A stretch of DNA of 20,208 nt, taken from NCBI GenBank assembly GCA_050178385.1, contig JBFXGD010000057.1, positions 1-20,208 on the forward strand, in the 5' to 3' direction. Made by a program: the position numbers and the translations under genes. This document shows, piece after piece, positions 16,359 through 20,208 of the stretch (position 1 is its first letter; each line of letters begins with the position of its first letter). Source of the DNA: Calditrichaceae bacterium. GTDB taxonomy: Bacteria > Calditrichota > Calditrichia > Calditrichales > JBFXGD01. Under the pieces are notes generated by a model, which saw only the letters and a program-made list of their open reading frames with translations, was not told the DNA's origin and made no database searches.

Positions 16359-18983
16359 ATGACAAAAAAAAATGTTAAAACGACCCCTCTGATGGATCAG
16401 TATCTGAGCATCAAAGCGGATTATAAAGACGTTCTTTTGCTCTATCGTATGGGTGATTTCTATGAGACATTCTATGATGACGCAAAAGCGCTTGCAAAAA
16501 CTCTCGGCATTGCTCTCACCAAAAGAGCCCACGGGAAAGCCGCGGATGTGCCTCTCGCGGGATTTCCATATCATGCTTTGGATAACTATCTTCCAAAATT
16601 GTTAAACGCCGGTCTGCGGGTGGCCATTTGTGAACAGGTGGAAGACCCGAAACTCGCGAAAGGCATCGTTAAGAGGGAAGTTGTTGAGATCGCTTCTCCG
16701 GGGGCGACTTTATCTGACAAGTTACTTGACAGCAAAAAAAATAATTTCCTGGTAGCCGTTGATTTTTCAGATGATGTCTGTGGTCTGGCAATTGCGGACG
16801 TTTCGACGGGAACCTTTATGGTCAGTGAATTCAATAAGAAAACTTTGCTTGAGCAACTTATTCGATTCCAGCCAAAGGAAATATTGAGTTCAATTAAAAA
16901 TTATGAGACAATATTTCAGTTGACAAATCATCATCTTTCATCGATGTATACCAAACGTGATGACTGGATATTTTCACGTGATTACGCTTATGATGTTCTG
17001 GTAAATCATTTTAAAACACACTCTTTAAAAGGATTTGGTTGTGATGAGATGACCGTGGGAGTTACAGCAGCGGGAGCGGTCATACATTATCTGCAGGAAA
17101 ATTATAAGACCAGGCTGGAACACTTTATTCAGCTGCAGGTCTCAAATCTTTCAAATTATATGGTTCTTGATGAAAGCACCAGGCGGAACCTTGAGCTTGC
17201 TGAGTCGATGGCCGCCACAGGCAGAGGAAATACTCTGCTTACCGTTCTGGATCATACTGTCACACCCATGGGCGCCAGACTATTCAAACAATGGCTTCAG
17301 CAGCCCTTATTGGACAAAAAAGAAATTATAAATCGGCATGATGTTGTAAGCGAACTGTTTGATCATCGGAAAGTTCGTGATGATCTGATTGTTGAATTAA
17401 AAAGAATTTATGACATGGAACGGCTTTTGGGAAAAATTGTCACCGGCAGGGCAAACGGCAGAGATCTTCTGAATCTGAGCAGCTCCCTGGAAACAATTTC
17501 TCCGGTTAAGGAAATAATCTCGGGAAGCGGATTAAAAAAAATTGAAGAAACTTTTATTTCACTCGAACCACTGAAGGAATTAACAGACATCATCGGAGAT
17601 GCCATAACGGAGAACCCGCCGCTCACGATTCAGGAAGGTGGTTTAATAAAGACGGGATATAACAAGGAACTTGATGAGCTGAGAGATATTTCCGAACATG
17701 GAAAAGACTGGCTGATCAGATACCAGGAAGATGAACGAAAAAAGACTAAAATCCCTTCACTTAAAATTAATTATAATAAAGTTTTTGGCTATTATCTTGA
17801 AGTGACCAATGCTCATAAGGATAAAGTACCGGAAACATTTATCCGCAAGCAAACGCTTGTAAACGCGGAGCGTTACATTACGCCTGAGCTAAAGGAATGG
17901 GAAGATAAGATCCTTGGCGCTGAGGAAAAAATCAATGAGCTGGAATACAAACTTTTCCAGGAGATTCGTTCAAGTGTATCCGGTTATATCGAACCGATTC
18001 AAAAGAACAGCCGTCTGGTGTCCGAACTGGACTGCTATTTGAGCTTTGCTGCGGCCGCTTTTAATAACAATTACATTCGCCCCGAAATAACTGACAGCCG
18101 GGAAATCAGAATTACCGGGGGCCGTCATCCGGTTGTTGAAAAGAATCTTCCACCGGGGGATGATTTTATCGCGAATGACACAATTCTGGATACTGAAAAC
18201 GAACAGTTATGGGTTATTACAGGTCCCAATATGTCAGGTAAGTCCACATTTATCCGTCAGGTTGGTTTGATCGTACTGATGGGGCAGATCGGTTCATTTG
18301 TACCCGCGGAAAAAGCTACCCTGGGAATCGTTGACAGAATCTTTACACGGGTGGGCGCCTCGGATAATTTGGCCAGGGGTGAGAGCACGTTTCTTGTCGA
18401 AATGAATGAGACAGCCAATATATTAAATAACGCGACCCCAAAAAGTCTTATTCTACTTGATGAGATTGGCAGAGGCACCAGTACGTTCGACGGACTTTCA
18501 ATTGCCTGGGCTGTCGCTGAGTATATCACAAACAGCGAGAAACTCCACTCAAAGACACTATTCGCGACTCATTATCATGAGCTGACAGAACTCGCATTGA
18601 TCTATCCACGCATAAAAAATTACAATGTTGCCGTGGAAGAGTGGGAAGATCAGGTCGTTTTTCTAAGGAAGATCGTTCCCGGTGGAACAGATAATTCTTA
18701 CGGAATATATGTGGCTCAAATGGCGGGGCTTCCTTCTGCCCTGATTGAACGCGCGCGGGAAATTCTGACCAATCTTGAGGCAAATGAACTGACACCGCAT
18801 TCAAGGAAACCTCGTCTGGCGAAGAGGCAAAGCGGCAGAGATGTCGATGCAAATCAATTGACTCTTTTCTCCGGTCTTCAACCATCGAAAGTTGAGAAAG
18901 AGTTAAAAAAGATGGATCTCAACAATATGACGCCAATAGAAGCTTTGAAAAAACTGGATGAATTAAAACGGTTAATGAAGTAG
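16359..18983 (+). CDS. mutS: DNA mismatch repair protein MutS (MutS1)
   Basis: TPLMDQY, RMGDFYETF, GRHPVVE, Walker A TGPNMSGKST, STFLVEM, DEIGRGTST, FATHYHEL and SYGI motifs; C-terminal QLTLF clamp-binding-like motif. Confidence 0.98.
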   Translation: MTKKNVKTTPLMDQYLSIKADYKDVLLLYRMGDFYETFYDDAKALAKTLGIALTKRAHGKAADVPLAGFPYHALDNYLPKLLNAGLRVAICEQVEDPKLAKGIVKREVVEIASPGATLSDKLLDSKKNNFLVAVDFSDDVCGLAIADVSTGTFMVSEFNKKTLLEQLIRFQPKEILSSIKNYETIFQLTNHHLSSMYTKRDDWIFSRDYAYDVLVNHFKTHSLKGFGCDEMTVGVTAAGAVIHYLQENYKTRLEHFIQLQVSNLSNYMVLDESTRRNLELAESMAATGRGNTLLTVLDHTVTPMGARLFKQWLQQPLLDKKEIINRHDVVSELFDHRKVRDDLIVELKRIYDMERLLGKIVTGRANGRDLLNLSSSLETISPVKEIISGSGLKKIEETFISLEPLKELTDIIGDAITENPPLTIQEGGLIKTGYNKELDELRDISEHGKDWLIRYQEDERKKTKIPSLKINYNKVFGYYLEVTNAHKDKVPETFIRKQTLVNAERYITPELKEWEDKILGAEEKINELEYKLFQEIRSSVSGYIEPIQKNSRLVSELDCYLSFAAAAFNNNYIRPEITDSREIRITGGRHPVVEKNLPPGDDFIANDTILDTENEQLWVITGPNMSGKSTFIRQVGLIVLMGQIGSFVPAEKATLGIVDRIFTRVGASDNLARGESTFLVEMNETANILNNATPKSLILLDEIGRGTSTFDGLSIAWAVAEYITNSEKLHSKTLFATHYHELTELALIYPRIKNYNVAVEEWEDQVVFLRKIVPGGTDNSYGIYVAQMAGLPSALIERAREILTNLEANELTPHSRKPRLAKRQSGRDVDANQLTLFSGLQPSKVEKELKKMDLNNMTPIEALKKLDELKRLMK

Positions 18984-19142
18984 AGACCATAAATGCTGGT
19001 GAATATTCCACTTATAAATTAATTGATAAAGATTACCGAATAGAAGCCGAATAATATGATTGATCAGGTATATCGATGATGTTTAACCATGAAAAAAACT
19101 AGCATAAGTCTAATATCTATTATAGATTATTAAACTTAGTTC

Positions 19143-19171
19143 TTGATTTGAACATTTTGAAGTTGTATGTT
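19143..19171 (+). promoter_or_regulatory. Putative sigma70 promoter of the HU/IHF gene
   Basis: TTGATT-17 bp-TATGTT in the AT-rich intergenic region. Confidence 0.4.
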
Positions 19172-19230
19172 TATGTTAAATAAGTAATTAAGTCAATTTA
19201 ACTGCTTTTTGTCTTATGGAGGACGTGTGG

Positions 19231-19545
19231 ATGAGGACGGTTACGAAAAAAGACGTGGCTAAGCGGACTGCTCAGGAACTCAATGAGAAAATCTATACTG
19301 CTGAGAAATTTGTCGATGCCGTCTTTACGGTCATAAGAAAAATACTGAGCGAAGCCGATCCCGAGATTAGGATTGAAATAAGAGATTTTGGTGTTTTCGA
19401 AGTCAAAAAAACCAAGCCAAAGCCAAAAGCGCGGAATCCGAGAACCGGTGACATCATTTATGTTCCTGCAAGACGAAAAACACACTTTAAAGCCGGAAAA
19501 TTATTAAAAGATGTTTTAAAAAATCCTATATCCCAAAAGAGTTAA
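19231..19545 (+). CDS. HU/IHF-family DNA-binding protein
   Basis: TKKD, IEIRDFGVFEV, ARNPRTG and VPARRKTHFKAGKLLK motifs. GGAGG at 19218-19222 favours the ATG at 19231 over the one at 19216. Confidence 0.93.
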   Translation: MRTVTKKDVAKRTAQELNEKIYTAEKFVDAVFTVIRKILSEADPEIRIEIRDFGVFEVKKTKPKPKARNPRTGDIIYVPARRKTHFKAGKLLKDVLKNPISQKS

Positions 19546-19601
19546 TAATTTTTTCTGAATAAGATTTTTTCATAAGTAAAGAGCAATATCCAACGCTTAA
19601 T

Positions 19602-19627
19602 AAAGGGATTGTCCAATCCCTTTTTTT
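19602..19627 (+). terminator. Intrinsic terminator after the HU/IHF gene
   Basis: AAAGGGATT-GTCC-AATCCCTTTTTTT. Confidence 0.85.
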
Positions 19628-19773
19628 ATTTCATAAATTATATAAATCGTAATTCCGACAATATCAGGTGTTCAGATAACGACATTGATCTGCAGTCATC
19701 ATATTTTGAAAAGTTGTTTAAATTAATTAACTTGTACGCCTGATTATTTTATTAGTACCGGGAAAACAAAATT

Positions 19774-20190
19774 ATGAAAAAAATTTTAGGTCTTGATTTA
19801 GGGGAACGCCGTGTCGGAGTGGCTATCAGTGACGGGCTGGGGATGTTTGCTCATCCTTTAATGACCCTTCAATGGCAAGGTGTTCAACACCTGGCATCAG
19901 AAATTAAAAAAATAATCAGTGAGCAGAATGTTGACCGTATTGTCATCGGCATACCTTTTACCATGAAGGGAACAGCGTCAAAAAAAACATCTGAAATAAC
20001 AGAAATAGCGGATCAGTTATCTACGTTACTTAGTGTGGAGATCATCAGAGTAGATGAACGTCTGACAACACAGATGGCGCATCAGACACTTCATGCTGTC
20101 GGAAAAAAACCAAGCCGAAACAAAGAAAAAGTAGATCAGATTGCTGCAGTTTTTATTCTGCAGACTTTTTTGGATAAAAATAAATTTTAA
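19774..20190 (+). CDS. ruvX: YqgF/RuvX family nuclease (putative pre-16S rRNA nuclease)
   Basis: ILGLDLGERRVGVAISD, VIGIP, VDERLTT and VDQIAAVFILQTFLD motifs; 138 aa. Confidence 0.95.
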   Translation: MKKILGLDLGERRVGVAISDGLGMFAHPLMTLQWQGVQHLASEIKKIISEQNVDRIVIGIPFTMKGTASKKTSEITEIADQLSTLLSVEIIRVDERLTTQMAHQTLHAVGKKPSRNKEKVDQIAAVFILQTFLDKNKF

Positions 20191-20208
20191 TATAGGAGTA
20201 GGATCCAT

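Noticed and set aside
2085..20208. Numerous short antisense or out-of-frame ORFs (60-127 aa) inside accC, the mutase genes, meaB, birA, coaX, the kinase, mutS, HU and ruvX
   Set aside because: They overlap well-supported conserved genes and have no protein-family features.
1..20208. CRISPR arrays, IS or prophage elements, tRNA or rRNA genes
   Set aside because: No regularly spaced repeats, transposase or integrase motifs, or cloverleaf/rRNA signatures seen by eye.

Overview
A bacterial chromosomal window of mostly housekeeping and metabolic genes, with no mobile element, CRISPR array, rRNA or tRNA recognisable by eye. On the + strand: biotin carboxylase and biotin carrier protein (a split acyl-CoA carboxylase alpha subunit), heterodimeric B12-dependent methylmalonyl-CoA mutase (small and large subunits), its chaperone MeaB, a GYD-domain protein, a D-2-hydroxyacid dehydrogenase, a tightly packed birA-coaX-sensor kinase-mutS unit, an HU/IHF-family gene and yqgF/ruvX. 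The most interesting part is the divergent left end. It holds a helical lipoprotein gene (859-1473, -) followed by a gene the ORF track missed (<1-753, -). The N-terminal ~200 aa of that gene align almost without gaps to the lipoprotein, and its visible end resembles the start of an L,D-transpeptidase (YkuD) domain. The pair sits behind what looks like a complete sigma54 control region: a -24/-12 element, an IHF-like site and two 17-bp palindromic enhancer-like sites. All family assignments come from motif recognition by eye; no database search was run.
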